NCBI GenBank assembly: GCA_049517415.1
Contig: JBEKSC010000003.1
Span: 1 to 64,000 of the forward strand
DNA length: 64,000 nt
Source: Candidatus Bathyarchaeia archaeon
GTDB lineage: Archaea > Thermoproteota > Bathyarchaeia > 40CM-2-53-6
Direction: 5' to 3'
This document shows, in pieces, positions 1 through 11,000 of the stretch; position 1 is the stretch's first letter; every line of letters begins with the position of its first letter. Below the pieces are notes generated by a model that made no database searches, was not told where the DNA came from, and was given only the letters and a program-made list of their open reading frames with translations. The translations under genes were made by a program, and so were the position numbers.

Positions 1-163
1 TGACGATTCTTCGAGGCTTCTCCAGAACTATCTTCTGCCCTTTTCTGATCAGAAGGAGTTCGTCGCCCTTCTTTATACCGACTTCTCGTTGGATTTCCAT
101 TGGCAGCGAAATCTGCCCCTTGTCCGAGACTTTCACCTTCTTGAAGGTAAGTTCGCTCGTCAT
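1..163 (-). CDS. AbrB/MazE/SpoVT-family DNA-binding protein (5' part; runs off window)
   Basis: Manual translation from ATG 163: MTSELTFKKVKVSDKGQISLPMEIQREVGIKKGDELLL matches the AbrB pattern (KV..KGQI.LP..IR...GI..GD). Confidence 0.85.
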   Translation of the reverse strand, partial: MTSELTFKKVKVSDKGQISLPMEIQREVGIKKGDELLLIRKGQKIVLEKPRRIV

Positions 164-549
164 GGTCTCCTATCTAGGTAAGGAAATCCTTACTTAAATA
201 AGTTCAGGGTTTTACGCTCGGTCAAAGCAACCCGGTGCCCAACATCGGGTCCGTCGGCTACTTCGGATACGGGCAGCCAGATCTCGTGTTTGACAGTGCT
301 TCATCGGCTGATGACTGGCCGACCTCGCAATTAAGGCGGACAGGTTAGTGAAAGCCATCTACCAAACGTGAAGGTAACAGAGCCGGCCGATCTTAGCTTA
401 ACTGGGCTCGAGGACGCATTGCCGCGTTGTTGTATATTGGGCGAAGGGCGCGTGCCTACGCTAGATGCCTTCGTACGGGGACCCGGAAAATGACTAAATG
501 CAGGGGCGCAAACAAGAACGCATTTACGGGCTATTCAGGCTGAGCAACC

Positions 550-2382
550 GTGCCAGAAAACAATGCCGAAGCCAAACAGAGCGTTCCTGCTAGGAGTAAT
601 GCTGCACGGTATGTCGCGTACGCAGTTTTGGCGGTAGCGGTCACGGCATTAGTCATGGGGTTTGTTGCCACGCCAGGCTTCTCACAAGCGTTAGCGGTTA
701 ATGATGTTACAACGACCGTGGTGCAAACAACCACGGTATCAACCACCGTGTCCACCGAAACGACGCCAGCCACTACCCGAGTTTATTCGTTTACTAAGCC
801 GGTAACAACGGCTACACAACAAGTAATCGTCACCGGCTCCGACACAACGTTGACTGGGACAGCATACTACACATTCTCTCAGCCCTTTACTGTTACCACC
901 GTGTTTTCTCTGCCTGTTACCGTGCAGACCGTCGTATTGCAACCTGTCACCCTGAGCACCGTAATAGTAGTAACGCCGGACACAACTACCATTACTACTA
1001 CGCCCACCGTTGTGACGACCACAACTACCACGACGACGCCTGTGACGACTACGACTTTGACTTCGACTGAATATTCGCCTACTGTGACTTCAACCAGCTA
1101 TTCGCCTACTGTGACTTTGATTTCGACCACCTATTCGCCTACTGTGACTTCGACTGAGTATTCGCCTACTACGACTTTGACTTCGACTGAATATTCGCCT
1201 ACTGTGACTTCAACCAGTTATTCGCCTACTGTGACTTTGATTTCGACCACCTATTCGCCTACTGTGACTTCGACTGAGTATTCGCCTACTACGACTTTGA
1301 CTTCGACCAGTTATTCGCCTACTGTGACTTTGATTTCGACTAGCTATTCGCCTACTGTGACTTCGACTGAGTATTCGCCTACTACGACTTTGACTTCGAC
1401 CAGTTATTCGCCTACTGTGACTTTGATTTCGACTAGCTATTCGCCTACTGTCACTTCGAGTATCACTGCGTACTACTGTTGTACTACTACTACTGAGTCT
1501 CAAACCGTGATTTTGATTTCGACCGAGTATTCGCCTACTGTGACTTCGACCAGTTATTCGCCTACTGTGATTTTGGTTTCGACTAGCTATTCGCCTACTG
1601 TGACTTCGACTGAGTATTCGCCTACTGTGACTTCAACCAGCTATTCGCCTACTACGATTGTGACGTTGATTTCGACTCAGTATTCGGCGACTACGACTTT
1701 GACTTCGACTTTGACTTCGACTGAGTATTCGCCTACTGTGACTTCGACTGAGTATTCGCCTACTGTGACTTCAACCACCTATTCGCCTACCGTGGTCACG
1801 ACCACGGTCGCAACTCAGTCTGTAACCAGTTTTACGACTGCACCTACGACTGTGACTAGTACTGTTACCGCTCATTCCACAACCTTGACATCGACGACTT
1901 CAACTGTGGACGTGACCGCTACGTCTACGACTTCAACTTCGCTCGTTACAGTGACCACTACAGTTGCAACTAGGGCCACAACCTCGTTCAGTACTGCGTC
2001 AGCGACTGTGACCACTACATCCACCACGGTTGTGCCGGCAACCGCTACGGGTACCTTTACTGCTGTAACCTTTACGACAACAACAGCCTCTTCAACTCGC
2101 ACCGTAGCTACCCTCATAGTCTCTACGTCGACAAATGTTGCAACCCGCACCGTTCAGTCCGTTCAGGTCACGACGGCCACATCAATAACCGGAACTCGCA
2201 CAGTCCAAACCGTGACCATCTCGACGGCTACAAATACTCTAACACAGACCGCAACGAGGGCGACCGTGTCATACACGACCGTCACAGTGACAGGGACTAA
2301 AACAAATGTGATTATCACCACATCTACAACTACTTCCGTCATCGTTAAAACTACTAAAACTACAACTACAACAACTACTTGA
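550..2382 (+). CDS. Secreted or membrane-anchored Thr-rich repeat protein (mucin/stalk-like surface glycoprotein)
   Basis: N-terminal hydrophobic segment (YVAYAVLAVAVTALVMGFVA), extreme Thr/Ser/Val content, 22 TVTSTxYSP-type repeats. Confidence 0.75.
   Translation: MPENNAEAKQSVPARSNAARYVAYAVLAVAVTALVMGFVATPGFSQALAVNDVTTTVVQTTTVSTTVSTETTPATTRVYSFTKPVTTATQQVIVTGSDTTLTGTAYYTFSQPFTVTTVFSLPVTVQTVVLQPVTLSTVIVVTPDTTTITTTPTVVTTTTTTTTPVTTTTLTSTEYSPTVTSTSYSPTVTLISTTYSPTVTSTEYSPTTTLTSTEYSPTVTSTSYSPTVTLISTTYSPTVTSTEYSPTTTLTSTSYSPTVTLISTSYSPTVTSTEYSPTTTLTSTSYSPTVTLISTSYSPTVTSSITAYYCCTTTTESQTVILISTEYSPTVTSTSYSPTVILVSTSYSPTVTSTEYSPTVTSTSYSPTTIVTLISTQYSATTTLTSTLTSTEYSPTVTSTEYSPTVTSTTYSPTVVTTTVATQSVTSFTTAPTTVTSTVTAHSTTLTSTTSTVDVTATSTTSTSLVTVTTTVATRATTSFSTASATVTTTSTTVVPATATGTFTAVTFTTTTASSTRTVATLIVSTSTNVATRTVQSVQVTTATSITGTRTVQTVTISTATNTLTQTATRATVSYTTVTVTGTKTNVIITTSTTTSVIVKTTKTTTTTTT
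1048..1788 (+). repeat. Coding tandem repeat, 27/33-bp units with core tattcgcctactgtgactt and a 120-bp higher-order period
   Basis: Lines 1081/1201 and 1141/1261 are near-identical; 21 YSP + 1 YSA units counted in the translation. Confidence 0.95.
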
Positions 2383-2533
2383 CTATCACTACAAGTATCT
2401 CTGTGAAAAATACGCTCCTCAACGTGTGAGGAAGTCTGCCTCCCACTGCGGATATAGGGGCGGATGTTGATTATGCCTGGTGCGAACTAGAACGAATCTA
2501 GCTCGTCGCTGTAGAGCCGCCCGGTTTTCAGAG

Positions 2534-2930
2534 TCACCAAATTCTTGATGAGAAGATTTGAGGCTGAGTCGGAGGAGTTGATAGCGATGAGCTTGCTGCT
2601 AACATGATCGACGGTAGGATCGTCATAGTGACCGAGAAGCCTTCGCATAGGCTGTTGACTGGTTTATTGCGGCTGTCTCCGCTGTAGCTCGTAGTGATGT
2701 TGAAGTTGCCTACCCCATTGAAGCCTAACTGCCTTGAAGTGGCTGGAACAAAGCCGTTGGTGACAGTTTCCGTGTCCGTTCCGCTCGCTGCCATGTTCCC
2801 CGAGCAGGCGCCCTTAGGTTACAGGTTGTAGGTGACTGTACCGCCCGCGTTTGAAGTCGCGCCTGTCAGTGTAGCTGAATCAGCAATGGTATGACCCGAG
2901 GTTATTGAACTGGATGAAAGTTGAGCTGAT
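2534..2930 (-). pseudogene. Orphan degenerate Ig-like repeat of the adjacent giant surface protein
   Basis: Translates SAQLSSSSITSGHTIADSATLTGATSNAGGTVTYNL*PKGACSG...YSGDSRNKPVNSLC: the same repeat unit, with TAA where other units have Tyr. Confidence 0.85.
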
Positions 2931-2971
2931 TTGGCGGAGTAGAATGGGGGTTGTATAGGGTCGGTTTGCGA

Positions 2972-5900
2972 TTAGGTGCTTGTTAGGATCGTGCAAGCTG
3001 AACTTGCGGCCATGTTGTTAGCGTCTCCGCCGTAGACTGCTTGTAAGCTGTACGTGCCCGCTGTGTTAGCGAAGAATGGGCTTGACATTGGGACGACCCC
3101 ATTAGTGACAGTTAACGCGTCCGGGGACCCTACAACGCTTCCGGAACATGTGCCCCCAATGTACATTGTGATTGTTACCGTTCCACCCGCATTACTTGTA
3201 GCGCCGATCAAGCCGCTTGAAATCGTGACTGAACCGCCGTGAAGGATGGTGTTGGAGGATAGAATGATGGATATCGTGGGGGAAGCGGGGTTCACGGTAA
3301 GGACTTCACAAGGGCTGGTTGCGCCATTATTGTTTGTGTCGCCACTGTAAACTGCCTGGAAACTGTTCAAGCCCACCGCACTCGTGCCGAACGCACTCGA
3401 AGTTGGGACAACTCCGTTTGTGACGGTTTCTGTGTCCGATCCAACAGAGCCGCCGGAACACGAGCCACCATTGTACATCGTGAAGGTGACCGTTCCGCCC
3501 GCATTCGAAGTAGCTCCCGTCAACGTCGCCTTGTCTGTCACGGAACCGAACACTGTAATGCTAGTAGTCGAAAGCTGTGTGGAAATCGTGGGAGAGGACT
3601 TCTGTGCGGTCGCAATTAGGATTTCGCAGGCAGAGGATGCACCATTGTTGCCGGTGTCGCCGCTGTAGACCGCCTGGAAACTGTAAGTTCCAGCAGAGTT
3701 CGCGGTGAAGACGCCTGACGTTGGAACAAACCCGTTGGTTAGCGTTTCAATATACTTGCCTAGAATGGTCCCGGAACATGAGCTTCCGGCGTACATGGTG
3801 TATGTTACAATATTTCCAGCGTTAGAAGTCGCGCCCATAAGCGTAGCTGTGTCTGTGACGGACCCGCCGGCTGTGATCGTTGTTGCTGAAAGTTGAGTGG
3901 AGATCGAGGGGGAAGCCTTTACGACTGAAAACGGTTCGCAAGTACTCGTTACACCTTTGTTGTTGGCGTCCCCGCTGTAGACTGCTTGGAAGCTGAAGGA
4001 GCCAGTCGCTGGACTGAGATTGGAGAGTTGGAAGACGCCTGAGTTCGGAACAACCCCGTTCGTAACGGTGAGAGCGGCCGAACTTCCTTGAACCGCACCT
4101 GAACATGTAGGCCCAGCATACAGGGTGTAAGTCACAGTGCCACCGGCATTGCTTGTAGCCCCGCTCAGCGTTGCGGAATCAGAAATACTGCCGGCCGTGG
4201 GAACTACCGTCGCTGAAAGCTGGGTGGTAAGTGAAAGAGGGCTCACTGTGAACGCTTCGCAGCTGCTCGTCTGGCCATTATTATTCGCGTCACCGTTGTA
4301 GACTGCTTCGACGCCGAAGGTTCCTCCACTATTGGGTGTTAACGGATTGGAGGTTAGAACGATTCCATTCGTGACAGTTTCAGTATCAGTCTGGACGATG
4401 GTTCCGGTGCAGGCGCCGTTTGAGTACAAGTTGTAGGTGACACTTCCGCCCGCGGTCGCGCCCGCATTGGCTAGAGTTGCCGAATCAGTAATCGTGCCGC
4501 CAAAACTAATGCTAGTAGCGCTAAGTTGCGTCGAGATCGTTGGTGAATGGAGCACAGCGGTGAAGACTTCGCAGGAGCTAGTCGCCGGAGAATTGTTGGC
4601 GTCCGGACTGTACGTTGCCTGAACGCTGAAGGTGCCAGAGTTATGTACATGGAATGGTGTCGAGGTAGGGACAACGTCGTTGACGACGTTTTCAGTATCT
4701 GTAGCAATTGATCCTAGGCAGACGCCGTTTGGATACAGACTGTACGTAACCGAACCGCCAGCGTTGGCGGTTACCCCGCTCAGAGTAGCCAAGTCCGTGA
4801 TTGACTCATCTGTGAAGATCGGAGAAGAAGCTGAGAGCTGAGTGGAGATCGATGAAGTCGCAGGTGTGACCGTAAAGGATTCGCATGTGGCACTGGCGGC
4901 GGTGTTGTAGGAGTCACCGCTGTAGCGTGCCTTGATGCTGTATGGGCCGGGGGTGTTGAAATCTGTTCCTGGAAAAGTAGTGCTTGGCACTACTCCATTC
5001 GCCACTGTAACGGGGCTTGTGTCTAGCGCAACATTGGAGCAGCTGCCGCCCGTATAGAGAGCGTAGGTCACGGTGCCTCCTGCGGGCCAATGGTTCTGAG
5101 AGGTCGCGCCGCTAAGCGTAGCAGAATCCGTTACCGGCTGAAGAGCCTCTATTGTACCCGCCGATAACACCGTGGAAAGGGTTGGGGTTTCCTGGACCGA
5201 CAGAAGTTCATTACAGGCACTTGTTGCGCCTGCATTGTTGGGGTCGCCACTGTAGACAGCACTAATGCTGTAGGGTCCTCCGCTACCTGCTTGGAAAGTG
5301 CGCGTCGTGAAGGAGTGTACTGGGACTCCGTTCGTAACTGGGATTCCAGACGAAGTGTAGATAACGGTACCTGAGCAAGTCGATCCTGCATAGAGCGAGA
5401 AAGTGACCGTCCCGCCAGCATTAGGCGCAAATCCTGTCAGTATAGCTGTATCGGTTGCGGTTGAACCGACGAGTATTGTTGTTGGTGTGAGCTTCGTGGA
5501 AATCTGAGTCGAAACTTGATTCACCGTAAGCACCTCACAGGAACTCGGCGCCGACGGATTGTTTCTAACACCATCGCCGTTGTAAACCGCTTGGACGCCG
5601 AAGGTTCCTCCACTATTGGGTGTCAACGGGGTATGGGTTGATGGAACGACTCCATTCGTGACAGTTTCAGTATCAGCCTGGACGATGGTTCCGGTGCAGG
5701 CGCCGTTTGAGTACAAGTTGTAGGTGACACTCCCGCCCGCGGGCGCGCCCGCATTGGCTAGAGTAGCCGAATCAGTAATCGTGCCACCAAAAACTATCGT
5801 CGTAGCTGAAAGCTGAGTGGATATTGATGGGGTGAACAACTGAACGGTGAAGGGCTCGCAGGTGCTAGTTGCCTGATTATTGTTGGTATCTCCCTGGAAA

Positions 5901-7561
5901 ACGGCTTGGAAACTGTATGAGCCAGCTGCATTAGTGATGAGAGTTACGCTGGGTACGCCCCCGCCATTAGTTATGAATACGGTGGTCGGTGCTCCGACTG
6001 GAGGTCCCATGCAGTTACCAGTACTATACATCGTGTAGATGACTTGGTCCCCCGCCGTATTGCCACTGGTCCCGGACAACATGGCGGAATCAGTAACTGA
6101 GCCGAAGGGAGCTACCGTAGTTGTTGAGAGCTGGGTCGAGATGGAAGGGGTGAGCTGCTTAACAATTGCGGTGCCCCCGGCTGAACAACCACTCGGACCG
6201 GAGGGCGCGTTACTGGCGTCGCCAGAATAGGTCGCCGTGACATGGTAACTCATGCTTGCGAGGGTGGTGATGAAGCTCGTGTTAGGAACATGGCCGAAAC
6301 TGACGGTCACGGTGTGCGCGGCAATGAAAGTCACACAACTATCACTGTATAGGTCGTATTGGACGGTGCCACCCGCGTTGAACGTAGCGCTCGACAGACT
6401 AGCTGAAACAGTTAACGATTGGCCAACAAAAATCGTCGTTGGAGATACAAACGAAGGAGTGATCGACGGAGTACTTTTACCCACGGTTAGCGTTGCTTCA
6501 CAGGAACTGCTTACGGGGCCGGCGTTGTTCTTGTCGCCACTGTAGACAGCTTTCAAACTGTATGAACCTCCAGAATTTATGATAAAACTCTTAGAATTCG
6601 GAACGATTCCGTTAGTGACCGTTACAGTACTGGTTTGAACTGGAGTTCCAGCGCAACCGGCATTACTGAACAGATTATAGGTAACTGTGCCGCCAGCGTT
6701 CGACGTGCCCCCCGTCAAGGAGGCAGTGTCGACAATGGAGCCGCCAAAAGTTATGCTCGCTGGAAGAAGAGGAATACTCGTGGTCGTTAACGTGGGAGAT
6801 TGTTTTGTTACTGTAACTCCTAGCTCACAGGGACTCGTAGAACCGAGGTCTAGCGAGTCACCGCTATAAGAGGCTCGTAGGCTGTATGTGCCCGGGTTGG
6901 GGATCGTGAACGTGTCTGAGTAGGGACCAACTCCACTAAAAGGTATCGTGTTCGACTGAAGAACGTTGCCTGAGCAAGAAGCACCCAAGTAGAGCCTGAA
7001 CTGGACCGTACCAGCAAAAATGTTCGTTCCTGACAGCGTAGCCGTATCGGTTACTGATCCGCCGGCCGTTATCGTTAGGGGCGGAGTGATTGATGTCGTA
7101 GTCGTTGTTGGCGTTTTGGTTACGGTGATTTGTTTGCAGAGGCTCGTCGAAGGACGGTTGTTGGCGTCACCGCTGTAGACGGCGTTGAAACTGAAGGTGC
7201 CAGCGGGCGAAGAAGAGGGAAGAGGAGGAGACATCATCGTGAATGATGTGGAGGGTGGAACGACGAGGCCAGGCTGGATAGTCTGGGGATCGGATTGGAC
7301 GATTGTTCCAGGGGAACAGGATGCGCTAGAGAAGAGCTGGTAGGTCACGGTGTCACCTAGTGCTGCAGCTGTTTCTCCGGATAGGTGGGCGGACACAGTA
7401 ACTGTGCCTGTAAGTACAGGGACCGTGGAGCTTGAAAGCGTGATCGTCAGAGACGTGAAATTTTGTCCGTAGACATTTACACTTACGGTGTTGAGGATGC
7501 CTGGGAGCAATACAAGGCTCAGAAGTAGTAGAGTACTGGCCGTAACCTTCCAGTTTGTCAT
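2972..7561 (-). CDS. Giant secreted surface protein with 14 tandem ~105-aa Ig-like repeats (YSGDxNN motif), each with a Cys pair
   Basis: Signal peptide MTNWKVTASTLLLLSLVLLPG from ATG 7561; 14 units ending AxYxGD.NN...S.C counted. Confidence 0.85.
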   Translation of the reverse strand: MTNWKVTASTLLLLSLVLLPGILNTVSVNVYGQNFTSLTITLSSSTVPVLTGTVTVSAHLSGETAAALGDTVTYQLFSSASCSPGTIVQSDPQTIQPGLVVPPSTSFTMMSPPLPSSSPAGTFSFNAVYSGDANNRPSTSLCKQITVTKTPTTTTTSITPPLTITAGGSVTDTATLSGTNIFAGTVQFRLYLGASCSGNVLQSNTIPFSGVGPYSDTFTIPNPGTYSLRASYSGDSLDLGSTSPCELGVTVTKQSPTLTTTSIPLLPASITFGGSIVDTASLTGGTSNAGGTVTYNLFSNAGCAGTPVQTSTVTVTNGIVPNSKSFIINSGGSYSLKAVYSGDKNNAGPVSSSCEATLTVGKSTPSITPSFVSPTTIFVGQSLTVSASLSSATFNAGGTVQYDLYSDSCVTFIAAHTVTVSFGHVPNTSFITTLASMSYHVTATYSGDASNAPSGPSGCSAGGTAIVKQLTPSISTQLSTTTVAPFGSVTDSAMLSGTSGNTAGDQVIYTMYSTGNCMGPPVGAPTTVFITNGGGVPSVTLITNAAGSYSFQAVFQGDTNNNQATSTCEPFTVQLFTPSISTQLSATTIVFGGTITDSATLANAGAPAGGSVTYNLYSNGACTGTIVQADTETVTNGVVPSTHTPLTPNSGGTFGVQAVYNGDGVRNNPSAPSSCEVLTVNQVSTQISTKLTPTTILVGSTATDTAILTGFAPNAGGTVTFSLYAGSTCSGTVIYTSSGIPVTNGVPVHSFTTRTFQAGSGGPYSISAVYSGDPNNAGATSACNELLSVQETPTLSTVLSAGTIEALQPVTDSATLSGATSQNHWPAGGTVTYALYTGGSCSNVALDTSPVTVANGVVPSTTFPGTDFNTPGPYSIKARYSGDSYNTAASATCESFTVTPATSSISTQLSASSPIFTDESITDLATLSGVTANAGGSVTYSLYPNGVCLGSIATDTENVVNDVVPTSTPFHVHNSGTFSVQATYSPDANNSPATSSCEVFTAVLHSPTISTQLSATSISFGGTITDSATLANAGATAGGSVTYNLYSNGACTGTIVQTDTETVTNGIVLTSNPLTPNSGGTFGVEAVYNGDANNNGQTSSCEAFTVSPLSLTTQLSATVVPTAGSISDSATLSGATSNAGGTVTYTLYAGPTCSGAVQGSSAALTVTNGVVPNSGVFQLSNLSPATGSFSFQAVYSGDANNKGVTSTCEPFSVVKASPSISTQLSATTITAGGSVTDTATLMGATSNAGNIVTYTMYAGSSCSGTILGKYIETLTNGFVPTSGVFTANSAGTYSFQAVYSGDTGNNGASSACEILIATAQKSSPTISTQLSTTSITVFGSVTDKATLTGATSNAGGTVTFTMYNGGSCSGGSVGSDTETVTNGVVPTSSAFGTSAVGLNSFQAVYSGDTNNNGATSPCEVLTVNPASPTISIILSSNTILHGGSVTISSGLIGATSNAGGTVTITMYIGGTCSGSVVGSPDALTVTNGVVPMSSPFFANTAGTYSLQAVYGGDANNMAASSACTILTST
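4291..4508. repeat. Near-identical DNA copy of 5575-5797 (Ig repeats 10 and 6)
   Basis: Long exact runs shared, e.g. ctggacgatggttccggtgcaggcgccgtttgagtacaagttgtaggtgacac. Confidence 0.9.
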
Positions 7562-8001
7562 TACAATTCCGGGATTTCTATGGGGAACTGGTATAAATTT
7601 GGTCCGAAGAGCGTTGCGTTCATCCTGCAAATGAACCGCACTCCTTCGCGAAGCTTTGGCTCTTCTATGTACACGATTGTTGACAAAATTGTATTGTAGT
7701 TGTGTTGCACAGAACAACAGTTAAATAGAAAACCCGACAAAACCTGAAGGCGAGGGAATGCGCAATCAGTTGTGGCGTCAAGAAATGAACGAATTGGGTC
7801 GATTATTCGTTAGCGGGGTGTTTTCACGTCAATTAGGCCGGTTAACTCTGTTCTTTCGCGCTCTTTTCATCAACATTGCACCCTTTGTGAGGGCGAACTA
7901 TACAGGGTGGTGTCAGCAAGGTAAACTAACACATTCATGTCTTGCCTGTGTTTGTTTGGGTACGTTACTTCATTGAGGTTTACTAGGGGATATTTGGATC
8001 C

Positions 8002-11000
8002 TTGACAAAGCGTAAAGCCAAAACCAATCGTGTATTCTTAGTGCTCCTTCTGGTCACAGCATTCGCGGTGGTTTTCTCATCAATTCAAATTCCGGTTTTT
8101 GCCAGGTCGATTTCATTATCGCCACCAAACGGTCCCATTGCAACCGTCGTTACTGTCACGGGCACTGGATTCGCGACTGGTGATAATGGCCTTTCCTGTG
8201 AGGTTACTAGCAGTAAGTCTGGATTGATTTCTCCTGGCTTTACATGTACAGTGACCGCGGGCGACGTGAGCGGCTCATTCACTGTAGGCCCGGGCATCGG
8301 ACCAGGTGGTTACACGGTCACTGTAACTGGCAGCACTGGGGACACTGCTTCCTCCTCGTTCACTGTGCTCCAGCCGACGATAACTCTGACACCTCCCTCG
8401 GGGCCGGTTAGCACCGTTGTAAACGTGAAGTCGGGCGGCGTCAGATTCAGCCAGGGAGAAACGGGCTGTACAATTTCAGGCGCGGCTGTTTCGCTGCAAG
8501 CGTGTTCGGTTTCAAATGGAGTTGTTACTGGCTCTTTCACGGTAGCCTCCGTCTCAGCGGGACCCTACGAGATCGACGTTACTGGAACATCAAGCTTGGC
8601 AGTTGCTTCGGCAATCTTCACAGTTACCGCGACGAGCACTGTAATCTCCGTCACACCAACTGACGGCCCATTCAAGACTAAGATTACTCTGCAAGGGAGC
8701 GGCTTCAGCACTTCGGACAGTTCATGTCAGATCACCGCGTCGCCGGACGTATCGACCATTGCAGCTAATCCCGCATTTAGTTGCAGTGTGGGCTCAGGGA
8801 AAGTATCAGGAACATTCTATGTGGGTTTGGCCGAAATTGTCAACACACCTGAGACTATCACTGTTACCGCGAGCCCCGGTGGAGACTCAGCTTCAGTGGC
8901 TTTCACTATCGATGGTTCCCCTACGCTAGGATTCAGCCCATCCTCCCCGCAACCTCCCGGAACGACAATAACCGTACTTCTCACAGGAGGGCAATTTAGT
9001 AGCGGCGACACGACTACTAGCTCTGTTTCCTGTTCGATAAGTACGTCCGGTCTGTCTAGCTCCTCTGCGTGCAGAATTGGGGGCGGCGGAACGGATTTGA
9101 CTGGTACATTTTTTGTGGTTGGTAACGTTGCCTCGGGTAATAGCTATACAGTTACAGTGACGGGGACTTTGGGTGATACTGCATCCGCCGTCTTTACGGT
9201 TGCTCCCCCAGTCGTGGGACCTGCAATTTTCCTCTCGCCTTCTGATGGGCCGGCAGGCACTACGATTACGGTTACTGGTACAGGCTTTCCCTCTCTAGAT
9301 TCAAGCTGCGTCCTATCGTCCGCACCCACCCCATTGATGTCGTCCACTCCTACACCGACTTGCAGTATCGGTTCCGGGAAAATTACTGCTTCCTTCAAGG
9401 TAGCTTCCGGCGCTGGTGCCGGTCTTTACACAGTTTTTGTCACTAGCAGCAGTGGCGCGAGTGCCTCAGAAATGTTCGTAGTTGACGGGACTCCAACCTT
9501 AGTGTTCACTCCCCCATCGCCACAACCGACCGGTACAACTATTCAGGTAAGTATTGGGGTTGGGGCGTTCAGCAGTGGCGATACATCTTCCTGCACGATT
9601 TCATCGACTCCTAGTGGTCTTTTCCAGTCCTCCGCATGCCACCTTTCACAGAGTCCGCAAAGCCTGGCGGGCACATTCTTTGTTGTTAGCAGCGCTGCAT
9701 CAGGAAGCACCTACACTGTAACGGTCAGAGGGTCGTTGGGTGACACTGCCTCTGAGACTTTCACAATTGCGCCTACTCCAATTGGCCCTCAATTGATTGC
9801 TGTGCCGCAAGATGGCCCAAGAGGCACGAAGATCGCTCTTCAAGGGAGAGCGTTCAGCGGTCTGGACACGAGTTGCGTAATTACTTCGACTCCCGCAAAC
9901 ATAATCGCGTCACCAGCTACTTGCACTGTATCAACTTCGGGCACATTTACTACTTCATTTACCGTTTCTAGTGCAGCGGACCCGACTCTGAATCCGTACA
10001 CAATCACGGCGACTGGCAGCAGCGGAGACACTGCCTTTACAACATTCAACGTTGACCCAACGCCTACTCTAACCTTCACTCCAGCCTCGCCGCAGGCTCC
10101 GGGAACTACTGTTGACGTATCAATTACGATCAGTATCCCACAGGGGCAGTTCAGTAGCGGAGACACATCATGCTCAATCTCTTCCTCACCGGGAGGCCTG
10201 CTTTCCACTTCGGCTTGCCGCATCGGAAGTGCAGGAACCGACTTAACGGGCACTTTCTTCGTCGTGGCTGCTGTTCCGAGTGGCAGTAGTTACACTGTTG
10301 TTGTTACGGGTAACTTGGGCGATACGGGCGTTGGAACATTCCAAGTGATTGTCGCAACACTCCTTACGCTCAGCCCAACCTACAATTCCCCGGGCCAGAC
10401 CATTTCTTTTGTCGCCAGGGGTTTGCTTACCACCGACACGTCATGTAGTATAACATCAAACACCGGAGTTAACGGTGCCACATTGATAGCATCTCCATCC
10501 TGCACCGTTAGCGGCGGCACGGGGACAGGAACGTTCACGGTCGGCCCAACGGCTACAGCGGACAGTTCGCCTTGGACCGTGACGGTGACGGGTAACCCGG
10601 GTGGTGACACGGTCGCTACGACATTCACAGTTGTTCCAGCAATTACCGTCACGCCTACAAATGGCGTCGCCAGCAGTGTCGCTTCGTTTACCGGATCCGG
10701 ATTTGGGTCGGCGGCAACATCTTGTACATTGACAAGCGCCCCAGCGGGACTCTTTACAACCAATGGCTGTAATCTCATTGTTCCTGGTCCAAACGGGAAC
10801 GGTCAGGTTAGCGGTACTTTCACAGTAGCGGTAGGTGCGCCTGCGGGTACGTATGTTATTACAGTAACCGACACCACTCCGTTTGCGGCGTCGACCGATT
10901 TCACCGTTGGTACGCCTAATGCTCAGGTCACGGTTTCACCTAACGTTGTCTTACCTGGTACTTCAGTTGGTGTAACCGGTTTCGGATTCAATGGTGACGA

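Noticed and set aside
1048..1788. CRISPR-like appearance of the short repeats
   Set aside because: Units are in-frame coding repeats with no unique spacers, and there are no cas genes in the window
2534..7561. Diversity-generating retroelement (template/variable repeat)
   Set aside because: No reverse transcriptase in the window, and differences between repeats are not adenine-specific
7562..7717. Longer N-terminus given by the ORF track
   Set aside because: The signal peptide starts at ATG 7561; the extension overlaps a TATA-like AT-rich tract
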